Shown here one piece after another: positions 49,879-58,664 of a DNA stretch of 62,157 nucleotides. The stretch comes from Promethearchaeia archaeon. Lineage in GTDB: Archaea > Asgardarchaeota > Lokiarchaeia > Sigyniarchaeales > SOKP01. Every line of letters begins with the position of its first letter. Within the stretch, counting starts at the first letter, position 1. The stretch covers positions 1 through 62,157 of the forward strand of contig JAHQWJ010000012.1 of NCBI GenBank assembly GCA_029856125.1, read 5' to 3'. The notes under the pieces are model-generated. The model was not told the origin of the DNA, did not search any database, and was given only the letters and a program-made list of their open reading frames with translations. Position numbers and translations under genes: made by a program.

Positions 49879-49923
49879 TCTCCTTCCAATATATATTCTT
49901 AATATATTATCATAAATCATCGA
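49879..49923 (-). promoter_or_regulatory. Candidate kink-turn hairpin in the L7Ae 5' leader overlapping the SD
   Basis: UC-GAU-GA-UUU...AU-rich hairpin...AAG-GA-GA; C-stem is only 2 bp. Confidence 0.3.
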
Positions 49924-50017
49924 TTTTGATGTTGTATGTAATAATGGATATAAAATAAAATTTTTGGTTTGGAATAACAGTAAAATTTTTTTAGAATCCT
50001 TCTTTTAATTACCTATA

Positions 50018-50218
50018 ATGATTATCCCAATTCGCTGCTTCTCATGCGGCAAAGAAATAGCTTCCCGTTACAAACCCTATTTAGAACTATTAGAAAAAGG
50101 CGAATCTGCAAAGGAAGCTTTTAAAAAGTTGGGTCTCGAAAGATTCTGTTGCCAACGCATGATTGTTGGACATGTAGATTTAATCGATGATCTTTTGAAG
50201 TTCCCAAGATTGCAGTAA
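50018..50218 (+). CDS. rpoN: DNA-directed RNA polymerase subunit Rpo10 (N)
   Basis: MIIPIRCFSCGK, RFCCQRM, HVDLID. Confidence 0.97.
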   Translation: MIIPIRCFSCGKEIASRYKPYLELLEKGESAKEAFKKLGLERFCCQRMIVGHVDLIDDLLKFPRLQ

Positions 50219-50287
50219 TCTTAAAAAAAAGAATAGATTATAGATTTATTAGCTTTAAAAGATATATTTTACTCTTTCTTAGCCAAC
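50214..50287 (+). repeat. Direct repeat, left copy (74 bp)
   Basis: AGTAATCTTAAAAAAAAGAATAGATTATAGATTTATTAGCTTTAAAAGATATATTTTACTCTTTCTTAGCCAAC; matches 55547..55619. Confidence 0.95.
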
Positions 50288-52185
50288 GAATAACCTCGTT
50301 CTTCTGTCTCTGCAAGAAAAAGGTCTACAATTGCTAACCATTTATTTTTTGATTCCAAATCGCTTAAAATTTTACTTGTTAATTCTTTTCCTTTCTTAAG
50401 ATATTGAAACGCTAATTCAATATTTTCCAGTGCTATATAACAAATTCCGATTTTGATATAAGTCTGATAGATAAACCAATCATTAGAATCAATTTCTATG
50501 GCTTTTTGGAATTCTTGTATGGCTTTTTCATATTCTTTAAAGTGTATTAAGATTTCTCCGTATGTATCGCGATAAATTCCTTTTTCTGGTTCTTTTTTTA
50601 CGAGTTCGCGAAGAATTTCCAATGCTTCTTGTTTTTTATCTAAATAAGACAACCAATACGCTTTATAATTACGAAGAGAATTGTCTTTTGGATATTTCTC
50701 GATTAATTCTTCAATAATTTCCAATCCATCTTCTACATTTTTATCTTTTTTGAGAGTAAACGCCTTTTTTATCATGATATCGATTTCCTTCTCAGGAAAT
50801 AGCTTTAACATGTTTTCTAATTCCGTTAACACATCGTTATATTGGTTAAAATAGAGTAAGATTCGTATTTTTGAATTAAATAAATCGTAATTCTTTGGAG
50901 TTAAGGAAATTTCATTTTCAATTTCTTTAATTTTTTCCATGTATTGAGATTCTAATGCTTCGGAATTATGCGATTGCATAAAATCCGTCATATTTTGCCA
51001 AATAATTCCTTCTAGTTTATCATGTATCTCTACTAATTCTTTTTTTATCTCAATTTTATAGGCTAAATATTTCATATATCCTGGTAAAAATTCTCTCAAT
51101 GATTCTCTGAAATCCTTATGAAATAAAATTTCACAAATTTCTTCAAGGATATCATCTATCATAGAATTCAGGCTTCCTAACTCTGTAAATTTTTCTAAAT
51201 ATTTGTTTGTTGCTATATGTTCTTCAGTAATAGCTCGAAGGATCTTCTCTAATTTTTCGTCAAAATGGAAATAATAATATTTATTAGGAGAAATATCTAA
51301 TTTAAAAAATTGTAAGTCATATAAATCGCTTTCTACAATCTCATTCACCCAAAAATCGAGCATTCTCTTTTCTATTTTGTAAAATCTCGAAAATTCCTCA
51401 AGTGATAGATAATCAGGATAAAAATCGGGATGATTGATTGAAATATAAAGCAAAATTATATAAAAATCCTCTTCATCTTTTAAAATTGTGCTAACTTTTA
51501 AATAATCTAACTTTAAAACCTTATTGAGAAACCTAAATTTAACACGATCGTCAGCAATTTTGAACTTATCAAAAAATTGGGATGCCTTTGTTGTAATTTC
51601 GTCGATTCGTTTTCTTTCCTCATCTAAAATTGTTTGTCTGTCCAAATCGTAATTTTGTAGTATCCTTGAATATTCTGATTTACCTGATTGAGTAATGAGA
51701 TATCTTTTATTTTCTTTGATGATATATCCCTTTTGAACTAATGAACTTAGAGCTTTTGATAAAGAGGATTGATTTATAGATAAAGGTTGTTCAAGAAAGT
51801 CAGACCTTTTGCAAAAGCCGTTATTGTACACCATCCATATAATCCAATGGGAATAATTTCTCCCCCTTTTTAATATTGCGTCAGGGGGGAAACTTATTGT
51901 TCGTTCTCTGCTTCTTTCTTTTGACAACTCTTGAAATTTCTTTATCCCTTCTGGAGTTATCTTGTATTGTCCTCTTGTTAACTTCTCGATATGTCCTTTA
52001 AGGATTAATTTTGTTAAATGACGAGATATTGTCGAGATAGGGATTTCGATAGGTTTTTGTTCAAAATTCGACCATTCACAACTTTCATTATTGGCTAGCA
52101 TCCAAAGAATTATATGATCATAATTCTTTCTATTAAGTTTTGAAGGATTAAGAATTTCTTCAGAGGGATAATTTACTTTTTCCAT
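50269..52185 (-). CDS. Tandem winged-helix (MarR-like x2) plus TPR protein
   Basis: Two repeats HxIxWM..NN...STISRHL / SSLSKAL...YxITxxG; C-terminal TPRs (DTYGEIL..YEKAIQEFQKAIE). Confidence 0.8.
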   Translation of the reverse strand: MEKVNYPSEEILNPSKLNRKNYDHIILWMLANNESCEWSNFEQKPIEIPISTISRHLTKLILKGHIEKLTRGQYKITPEGIKKFQELSKERSRERTISFPPDAILKRGRNYSHWIIWMVYNNGFCKRSDFLEQPLSINQSSLSKALSSLVQKGYIIKENKRYLITQSGKSEYSRILQNYDLDRQTILDEERKRIDEITTKASQFFDKFKIADDRVKFRFLNKVLKLDYLKVSTILKDEEDFYIILLYISINHPDFYPDYLSLEEFSRFYKIEKRMLDFWVNEIVESDLYDLQFFKLDISPNKYYYFHFDEKLEKILRAITEEHIATNKYLEKFTELGSLNSMIDDILEEICEILFHKDFRESLREFLPGYMKYLAYKIEIKKELVEIHDKLEGIIWQNMTDFMQSHNSEALESQYMEKIKEIENEISLTPKNYDLFNSKIRILLYFNQYNDVLTELENMLKLFPEKEIDIMIKKAFTLKKDKNVEDGLEIIEELIEKYPKDNSLRNYKAYWLSYLDKKQEALEILRELVKKEPEKGIYRDTYGEILIHFKEYEKAIQEFQKAIEIDSNDWFIYQTYIKIGICYIALENIELAFQYLKKGKELTSKILSDLESKNKWLAIVDLFLAETEERGYSLAKKE

Positions 52186-52246
52186 GATTAATGAAAGCTA
52201 AATAAAATGTTTATTAGGTATAAATTGGGAACATTTCTATTTATAT

Positions 52247-52299
52247 CTTTTTTTCGGAACTTCCACTTTTTTTCAGAATTTCCGTGGAATTGTCGAAAG
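52247..52299. promoter_or_regulatory. Candidate operator: two direct copies and one inverted copy of a TTTCrGAAyTTCC-like motif
   Basis: CTTTTTTTCGGAACTTCC (52247-52264), CTTTTTTTCAGAATTTCC (52266-52283), GTGGAATTGTCGAAAG (52284-52299) in a divergent intergenic region. Confidence 0.45.
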
Positions 52300-52380
52300 T
52301 TCAACTATAAATGGATGGATATTAACATTTTTCATTGATCATCATTTTGATGATAAAATTTAAACAAAAACTAAATTTAG

Positions 52381-52788
52381 TTGATAAGAAAAATGACCGA
52401 AATCAAAAAACTTACAAAAATCGTACTAATAGTGTATGCTATTATTTTTTTCATATTTGGGGTCAACCTTACATTTCTATACGATATGATCATGAATCCT
52501 GAAGGTTGGACAAACCCCTATTTCCCAAGAATGTTTGGGGGAATTAATTTCGTATCTGCCATTTTCGCGATATTAATGCTTCGCAAAAAGGAGTGGGAAG
52601 AAATTAAATTGACATTTGCGTATTTTATTGGTATACTTATATCGACATTACTCATCGAAATTTCAGTTTTATCTATATTAGGCTCTACTTTTGGAGCTTC
52701 GACGATTCAACTAGGTATGTCTACTATAATCTTAGAGGCTGTACTTTTAACTCTTGGAATTGTCTCTTATATCAAACAGAGAAGTTAA
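52381..52788 (+). CDS. Small 4-TM membrane protein
   Basis: Four hydrophobic helices; NPYFPRMFGG loop. Confidence 0.75.
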   Translation: MIRKMTEIKKLTKIVLIVYAIIFFIFGVNLTFLYDMIMNPEGWTNPYFPRMFGGINFVSAIFAILMLRKKEWEEIKLTFAYFIGILISTLLIEISVLSILGSTFGASTIQLGMSTIILEAVLLTLGIVSYIKQRS

Positions 52789-52838
52789 ACGCCATAATTT
52801 AAAAATTTCTAATTTTTTTTTTTTCTTTTTTTTTTAAT

Positions 52839-54872
52839 ATGTATTCGGAGAATATTTACATTAGATTTAAAACAATAATTAGCTTAGATATTAATAAGAG
52901 TATAATCCAAACAAATGAGTATATGTCTCATCCTGCGCTGAATCAATTAACAAGAGTGGAAGAGCTTTTTGATTCTGGTTATCTTGATGAAGCTTTTGAA
53001 ATATTGAACGATCAAAGTCAATATGAGGGGCTTAATCTTCAGCAAAAAAGTCATTTTCAGTTTCTTAAGGGATTAATTCTCTTATATCTTAATAAAGGCG
53101 AAGATCTCATTAGTTTAGGCGAGACAATTTATAAAGAAGGTCAAAAATGTGATGATAATCTCCAATCTTTTGATGGATTATTTTTTATTATTACTGGATT
53201 AGCTATAGCTGGTAAATTTGAGGAAGCGTTCAAACTTTTTGAAAAAGCTGAGTTAGTATTAAAGCATATTTCGAATGTATCTAAAGAAATTATAACTCGA
53301 AGAAAAGTTCGTCTAAGTGTAGCAAAAGCCTTTGTTGGATTGCATGGTGGTAAAGTAGATTTGGTTGAGACATCTTTAGAGTGGATCTTAGATTCACAAG
53401 AAAAATTCGATAAATCATTTGAAATCGTCTGGGCTAATCTTATAATGGCAAGTTATTTATTACGAGTAAAAAGCAAGTTTGATCTTTGTAGGGAGCACAT
53501 CACAAACGCATTATCTATTGCAAAGGAAATTAAATTTAATCATTACTGGATTGCTCTGTGTCAACTCTATTTTGGAGTATATTATGAAACTATTGGCGAA
53601 ATGGATACAAGCTTGAAATATAACATAAAGAGTCTAGAAGTATTTAAAAAGATAAATAGTAGTTTTAATATTGCAATTCTATTAAATAATATGGGGGGTT
53701 TATATGGTGAAATTGGTGAATATGAACTTGGTGTGGAACATTTAGAGGAAAGTATAAATCTTTTAGAGCAGATTCCTCAAGGTTTTTTTTCTATTGAAGG
53801 CATTATTGAAAGTTTAATAATTTTAGCCGCTGAACATGGAGATAACGAATGTGCTCAAAAATATTTTGATCGTTTGGAAAATATTTATAACCAGAAAAGA
53901 GGCGATGGAATTAACTATGGTTACAAATTCACTAAAGCTCTAATTTTAAAAACAAGTTCTCGAATCCGAGATAAAGCTAAAGCTGAAGAATTATTTAAAG
54001 AACTTATAGAAACTGATACTATATTTTTTGATCTTATTATAAAAGCTCATATCCATCTTTGTGACATACTTCTCACGGAATATCGTATAGAGAATAATAT
54101 TGAGGTACTTAATGAACTTAATTATTATATTTCCAGGCTATTGGATATTGCTGAAAAGCAACATTCATATCTAGTTTTTTGTGAGACGTTCATATTACGA
54201 GCCAAATTAGCCTTAATTAATTTCAATATGAAAACAGCAAGGCGTTATTTAACTCAAGCTCAAAAAATAGCGGAATCTTATGGTATAAAACGGTTAGCAA
54301 TGAAAATTTCATACGAGCATGATGAATTACTTAGAAAAACTAAAATGTGGGAGAATTTAAAAACTTCAGAAGTATCTCTATCTGAACGTTTGGAGCTTGC
54401 TGGTTTGAACGAGCAAATGGAAAATATGGTAAAAAAGCGAATGATTGAAATTCCAGAAATATCAAAAGAAGATCCTGTTATGCTATTAATCTTAACGGAG
54501 GGTGGCAATCTATTATTCTCTAAAAAATTTGTAGAAGATTTTTCTTTTGAAGATGACATTTTAGGAGGTTTCCTAACCACTATAAATTATATTATCAGTG
54601 AGGTATTTTCTGAAGGTCTTGATAGAGCAGTTTTTGGGCCATTTACTCTTCTTATGATGCCCGTTCAACCATTTTTAGTATGTTATATCTTTAAAGGAGA
54701 CTCGTATTTTGCTCACAATAAAATTAAAAATTTTATTGATTCCATACAGAATGAAAGTTGTATTTGGCAATCTTTCCAGAATTTTTTCCAAAAGAGTAAA
54801 TCAGTTCAATTAAACGATATTCCTTCGCTTGAGTCTATGGTAATGGAGATTTTTGTAGAGAAAAAAAATTGA
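52839..54872 (+). CDS. TPR-repeat protein with C-terminal longin-like domain (start probably ATG 52923)
   Basis: TPRs (LLNNMGGLYGEIGEYELG); C-terminal MLLILTEGGNLLFSKKF...ILGGFLTTI...FLVCYIFKG longin-like topology. Confidence 0.75.
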   Translation: MYSENIYIRFKTIISLDINKSIIQTNEYMSHPALNQLTRVEELFDSGYLDEAFEILNDQSQYEGLNLQQKSHFQFLKGLILLYLNKGEDLISLGETIYKEGQKCDDNLQSFDGLFFIITGLAIAGKFEEAFKLFEKAELVLKHISNVSKEIITRRKVRLSVAKAFVGLHGGKVDLVETSLEWILDSQEKFDKSFEIVWANLIMASYLLRVKSKFDLCREHITNALSIAKEIKFNHYWIALCQLYFGVYYETIGEMDTSLKYNIKSLEVFKKINSSFNIAILLNNMGGLYGEIGEYELGVEHLEESINLLEQIPQGFFSIEGIIESLIILAAEHGDNECAQKYFDRLENIYNQKRGDGINYGYKFTKALILKTSSRIRDKAKAEELFKELIETDTIFFDLIIKAHIHLCDILLTEYRIENNIEVLNELNYYISRLLDIAEKQHSYLVFCETFILRAKLALINFNMKTARRYLTQAQKIAESYGIKRLAMKISYEHDELLRKTKMWENLKTSEVSLSERLELAGLNEQMENMVKKRMIEIPEISKEDPVMLLILTEGGNLLFSKKFVEDFSFEDDILGGFLTTINYIISEVFSEGLDRAVFGPFTLLMMPVQPFLVCYIFKGDSYFAHNKIKNFIDSIQNESCIWQSFQNFFQKSKSVQLNDIPSLESMVMEIFVEKKN

Positions 54873-54977
54873 TAGAAGTTTACAATTCAACTATTCCAAT
54901 TCACCAAAATTTTATATTAACCTAAACCTAATCTTCATTAAAAATAAATTGTTTTTTCATTAAGCAATAGAAATCTA

Positions 54978-55532
54978 ATGAAGAACTCTGAGGAATTTCG
55001 ATTTAAGATAGTAGTCATTGGAGATGGAGCTGTAGGTAAAACATCCTTAATTAAAAAATTCACGAAAGGGACATTTGAAACGGATTATGTAAAAACGATA
55101 GGGGCTCAGTTTTCAAAATATAACAAAGAAATTAATGGAGATATGATTAGATTAATATTCTGGGATATTGCAGCTCAAGAAGATTTCAATTTTCTGCATC
55201 ACTTGTTTTATAAAGAGACTAAAGCGGCAATTATAGTATGTAGCCTTGAAGAAAACGATTTAGGAAAAAACAGCTTCACACATATAGAAAATTGGTATAA
55301 CCAACTAAACAAGTATTGTAGCGGTATACCTGTTTTATTATTCGCCAATAAAGTTGATTTAGTAAGCAAAAATGAAATTAACAAAGCTAAAATTCAAAAC
55401 ATCGTTAAAAAATATAATTTTTTCGAATATTTCACTACTTCCGCAAAAACTGGAGAAGGTGTAATCGAAGCTTTTAACGTTATTATTGAAAAATTATATT
55501 TCAAGTATAAGCAACTTTCTGCTAATGGATAA
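54978..55532 (+). CDS. Rab-like small GTPase with variant G3 (WDIAAQ)
   Basis: GDGAVGKT, TIGAQF, WDIAAQE, NKVD, TSAK. Confidence 0.92.
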   Translation: MKNSEEFRFKIVVIGDGAVGKTSLIKKFTKGTFETDYVKTIGAQFSKYNKEINGDMIRLIFWDIAAQEDFNFLHHLFYKETKAAIIVCSLEENDLGKNSFTHIENWYNQLNKYCSGIPVLLFANKVDLVSKNEINKAKIQNIVKKYNFFEYFTTSAKTGEGVIEAFNVIIEKLYFKYKQLSANG

Positions 55533-55546
55533 CTCCGTTTAAATCA

Positions 55547-55619
55547 AGTAATCTTAAAAAAAGAATAGATTATAGATTTGTTAGCTTTAAAAGATGTATT
55601 TTACTCTTTCTTAGCCAAC
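55547..55619 (+). repeat. Direct repeat, right copy (73 bp)
   Basis: Same as 50214..50287 except two A>G substitutions and one fewer A in the A-run. Confidence 0.95.
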
Positions 55620-55687
55620 TAAAAATAGTTTTATCTAGAGTTATAATTTAGAGTTATAATAAGGATTTAACTATATTTATTATATTT

Positions 55688-55870
55688 TTATTCTTTCCCA
55701 TAAAGCGCTGTCCATCTTACTTTACGCGGGTTTCGTTTCTGAACCAATGTAGCAGTTCTGCATTTATGAGTGCAAAAGGTAAAAATTGTTCCATCTTTTT
55801 TGATATACATGTGTCCTTTGCCGATTGGGATATCATAGCCACAAAAAGAGCATTTTTTTACTTTAACCAT
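55688..55870 (-). CDS. rpl24e: 50S ribosomal protein L24e
   Basis: CSFCGYDIPIGKG, DGTIFTFCTHKC, NPRKVRWT. Confidence 0.97.
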   Translation of the reverse strand: MVKVKKCSFCGYDIPIGKGHMYIKKDGTIFTFCTHKCRTATLVQKRNPRKVRWTALYGKE

Positions 55871-55903
55871 GGAATTGTCATCTCACTTAGTTTAATATAG
55901 ATT

Positions 55904-56311
55904 CTATTCCCCTGCTGATTTAAAAAGTTCAGTTTCCCCGTATTTTAAAACTTTCAGGTTGATTAATGTCATATCGAAACTTATCTCGCTTCCTCTAATC
56001 ATCTTCCTTCGCTTTTGCCCTTTTCTTGTAGGCTTATACCCGATCCCTCGTTTTGAAACAAGAATCCTTTTCTTTACGGGACCGTGAACATCCTTTCTCA
56101 TTGGGAAACCGCTAGCGTCTGAACCTCCGGTTATTTCAAACTCGTAATTCGGAAATCCAATTAGGCCGCCATTAATCGATTCACCAATCTTTTTCGCTTC
56201 AAAAAGGCGTGATTTCTTTTCATCTATTTCAATTAGCTTAGATAAACCTTTTCCGGGACCTGTGTTTCCACCAGAAATATTTAATTTGTAAACTCTTTTC
56301 TCTGAACTCAT
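55904..56311 (-). CDS. rps6e: 30S ribosomal protein S6e
   Basis: KLNIS, ITGGSDASGFPMR, GQKRRKMIRG. Confidence 0.96.
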   Translation of the reverse strand: MSSEKRVYKLNISGGNTGPGKGLSKLIEIDEKKSRLFEAKKIGESINGGLIGFPNYEFEITGGSDASGFPMRKDVHGPVKKRILVSKRGIGYKPTRKGQKRRKMIRGSEISFDMTLINLKVLKYGETELFKSAGE

Positions 56312-56481
56312 TATTATCGAACTAACAAAAAGGAAATTACTATAAGAAATATCCTAAAATTTAAAAATTTTATTGATTTTGAGTTAAAGGAACACAAATA
56401 ATTAATTTCCGAAAAAAAAATACAATTTATTTTAAAGATCACCCCCTATTTAAAATATAAACTTAAATTGGATTTATCCAT

Positions 56482-57303
56482 ATGACGCAGATTTTTGAAG
56501 TGCTAGAAGTGAGGGAGTTTCCATACTTTGTGACTATAGATATAGATGATGTTCCTATAGTAGGAGAAGTCATTAATGTTAAGAATAGTCGAAAGGTTTA
56601 CTTGCTCGTGGATCACAATAAAAAGAAAATATGGACATTTAACGGGCGAAATAGCCCTTTCAAGCTTCAAATTTATGGTGGAATCTTAGCGGGAATGCTC
56701 CGTAAACAATTAAAACTTTTTTATCGAGTATATGCCCTAAATATGTATTCTACAGAATCTCCCGAATTTCAAGAAGTAATGATACAATCCATCGGACCGG
56801 GTAGAGCACAGGCTATTAATAAAGATGATTTCTCCAACACCGTTATTGATGGGACTGTAGGGGAGATAATCCTTCACAATCCGGGGTTAAAAAAAGCTAT
56901 GGAAACTATTAATTCGTATGCTCAACCGGAAGATTTAAAAAGAATTTTTCTTATCATAGCAGGTAATATTTACTCCGAAGAAGATATTTTAGAAGCAATA
57001 CTCGAAGAAGAGAAATATTCAACTAATTTAGTGAAAATGGGTCAGTTAAATAATGGTTTTACGTTCTTTAGTGACCGGAATTACTCAACACGAATAATTG
57101 TTAGAAACAGAACGATTCAAGGGATTGAACTTTATGTCAATAACTTTGAAAATTTACCTTCTCTTCGCATCAAATCTCCAATTATTCACGAAGAGAAAAT
57201 AAGTAACAAGGGAGACATGGATACATTGATGAAAGCATTTCAAATTCCTGAATCACTGCCTGATGATGATGATGATGATTCACAGGAAGAAAATAAGACT
57301 TAA
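56482..57303 (+). CDS. Putative gelsolin-like domain protein with an additional unknown domain and acidic tail
   Basis: KVYLLVDHNKKKIWTFNGRNSP plus the following helix resembles the gelsolin core (VFILD..IYVWxGxxS); C-terminal PDDDDDDSQEE. Confidence 0.55.
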   Translation: MTQIFEVLEVREFPYFVTIDIDDVPIVGEVINVKNSRKVYLLVDHNKKKIWTFNGRNSPFKLQIYGGILAGMLRKQLKLFYRVYALNMYSTESPEFQEVMIQSIGPGRAQAINKDDFSNTVIDGTVGEIILHNPGLKKAMETINSYAQPEDLKRIFLIIAGNIYSEEDILEAILEEEKYSTNLVKMGQLNNGFTFFSDRNYSTRIIVRNRTIQGIELYVNNFENLPSLRIKSPIIHEEKISNKGDMDTLMKAFQIPESLPDDDDDDSQEENKT

Positions 57304-57332
57304 ACTAACTAATCTAATCATAAATAATTAGC

Positions 57333-58664
57333 ATGATTCTTTTAATCAATCCAAAAACCACTAAACCTACAGAATTTCAAAATGAGTTTTTTAGGGAGCC
57401 CAATTTAGGTCTTCTGTATATAGCAGCGATTCTAGATCAAAATAACATTCCCGTCGAAATTTTGGATTTAGAACAGTATTATGGATTAGAGCCCGAGGAA
57501 CTAAATAAAATTATTATTGAAAAAATCGAACGGTACGAAATAATTGGCATAACATCTCTGACTAACACCTTTTATCTGGTTAAGGAGATTGCTGAATTGA
57601 TAAAAAGATCTAATAAAGAAAAGATTGTGGTTCTGGGAGGGCCTCATGTTTCATTTCAATATCAAGATATCCTTAAAGCTGAACCCGTAATTGATTATAT
57701 ATGTGTAGGTGAATCGGAAACATCATTCCTTGAATTGACGAATCTCATAATTCGAGAAAAAAGCAACTTAATGAACTCTCAAGCTTTCGGAAGAGAGTTG
57801 GATTCGATTAAAGGCTTAGCATATAAGAATTTAGAAGGAAATGTCATATTCACGGGATTTCCAAAACCAATTGATATAGAAACAATTCCGCTACCGCCAA
57901 GATATCTCCTCTCCCAGGAAAATTTCTACTATCGCGTAGCAAGCGTGATAATCAATAGAGGATGCCCCAACCAATGCTCATTCTGTTCTAGGCAAAAATT
58001 ATTTCCAAAAACTAGAATAAGGGGTTTAAGTTCAATCTTATCGGAAATCAGGGATATTCTTTCTTATCAAACGTACAACTATATCAACTTTTATGACAAT
58101 ATTAACATTAATAGAATTTTCTTCCATAATTTTTGTAGATTATTTATCGACAACGAGATTAAAATTCCATGGGGTTGTGAATTACGAGTTGATAGCATAA
58201 ATGCTGAAGACGCGAGTCTATTAAAAGAAGCCGGTTGTAAACTCATCGCCACCGGTATCGAATCCGCTAGCTTAAAAGTGTTAGAAAACAATTTGAAATA
58301 CCAAGATCCTAAGCGAGTAATTTCAGGACTAAAACATTTGAAAGCTGTAGATATCCCCGTACAAGCGTATTTTGTTTTAGGACTACCTGGTGAGACTGAA
58401 GCGACATTTCAGGAGACTCTAGATTTTATTACCTCCTTACCCTTTAATGAAGAAGATAAAATTAATTATTTTGTAGCTACTCCTTATCCGGGTTCTCGAT
58501 TATGGGACGAGAGGGATTATTTTAAGATCAAAGTAATAGAGAGCGATTTTACTAAATACGATTGTCAGCATATAATTTTTGAAACTTCTGATTTATCAGT
58601 TCAGAAACTTGAAAAACTTTTTAAAATTGCAAAGGATATTGAACAATTCTTTAAAAGACATTAA
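57333..58664 (+). CDS. Cobalamin-binding radical SAM enzyme (class B-like)
   Basis: PNLGLLYIAA, VLGGPH, GESE, RGCPNQCSFC, GIES, GLPGET, PYPGS. Confidence 0.9.
   Translation: MILLINPKTTKPTEFQNEFFREPNLGLLYIAAILDQNNIPVEILDLEQYYGLEPEELNKIIIEKIERYEIIGITSLTNTFYLVKEIAELIKRSNKEKIVVLGGPHVSFQYQDILKAEPVIDYICVGESETSFLELTNLIIREKSNLMNSQAFGRELDSIKGLAYKNLEGNVIFTGFPKPIDIETIPLPPRYLLSQENFYYRVASVIINRGCPNQCSFCSRQKLFPKTRIRGLSSILSEIRDILSYQTYNYINFYDNININRIFFHNFCRLFIDNEIKIPWGCELRVDSINAEDASLLKEAGCKLIATGIESASLKVLENNLKYQDPKRVISGLKHLKAVDIPVQAYFVLGLPGETEATFQETLDFITSLPFNEEDKINYFVATPYPGSRLWDERDYFKIKVIESDFTKYDCQHIIFETSDLSVQKLEKLFKIAKDIEQFFKRH

Larger units (their letters stand above)
50214..55619. mobile_element. Putative direct-repeat-bounded inserted cassette (4 genes, no integrase seen)
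   Basis: 73/74-bp direct repeats at both ends; accessory genes lying between core genes rpoN and rpl24e. Confidence 0.6.

Noticed and set aside
55636-55660. Short tandem repeat TAGAGTTATAAT x2 just outside the right direct repeat
   Set aside because: Only two 12-bp AT-rich copies; not a CRISPR array, although it could be a junction scar
57262-57279. (GAT)6 repeat
   Set aside because: Encodes the poly-Asp tail of 56482..57303
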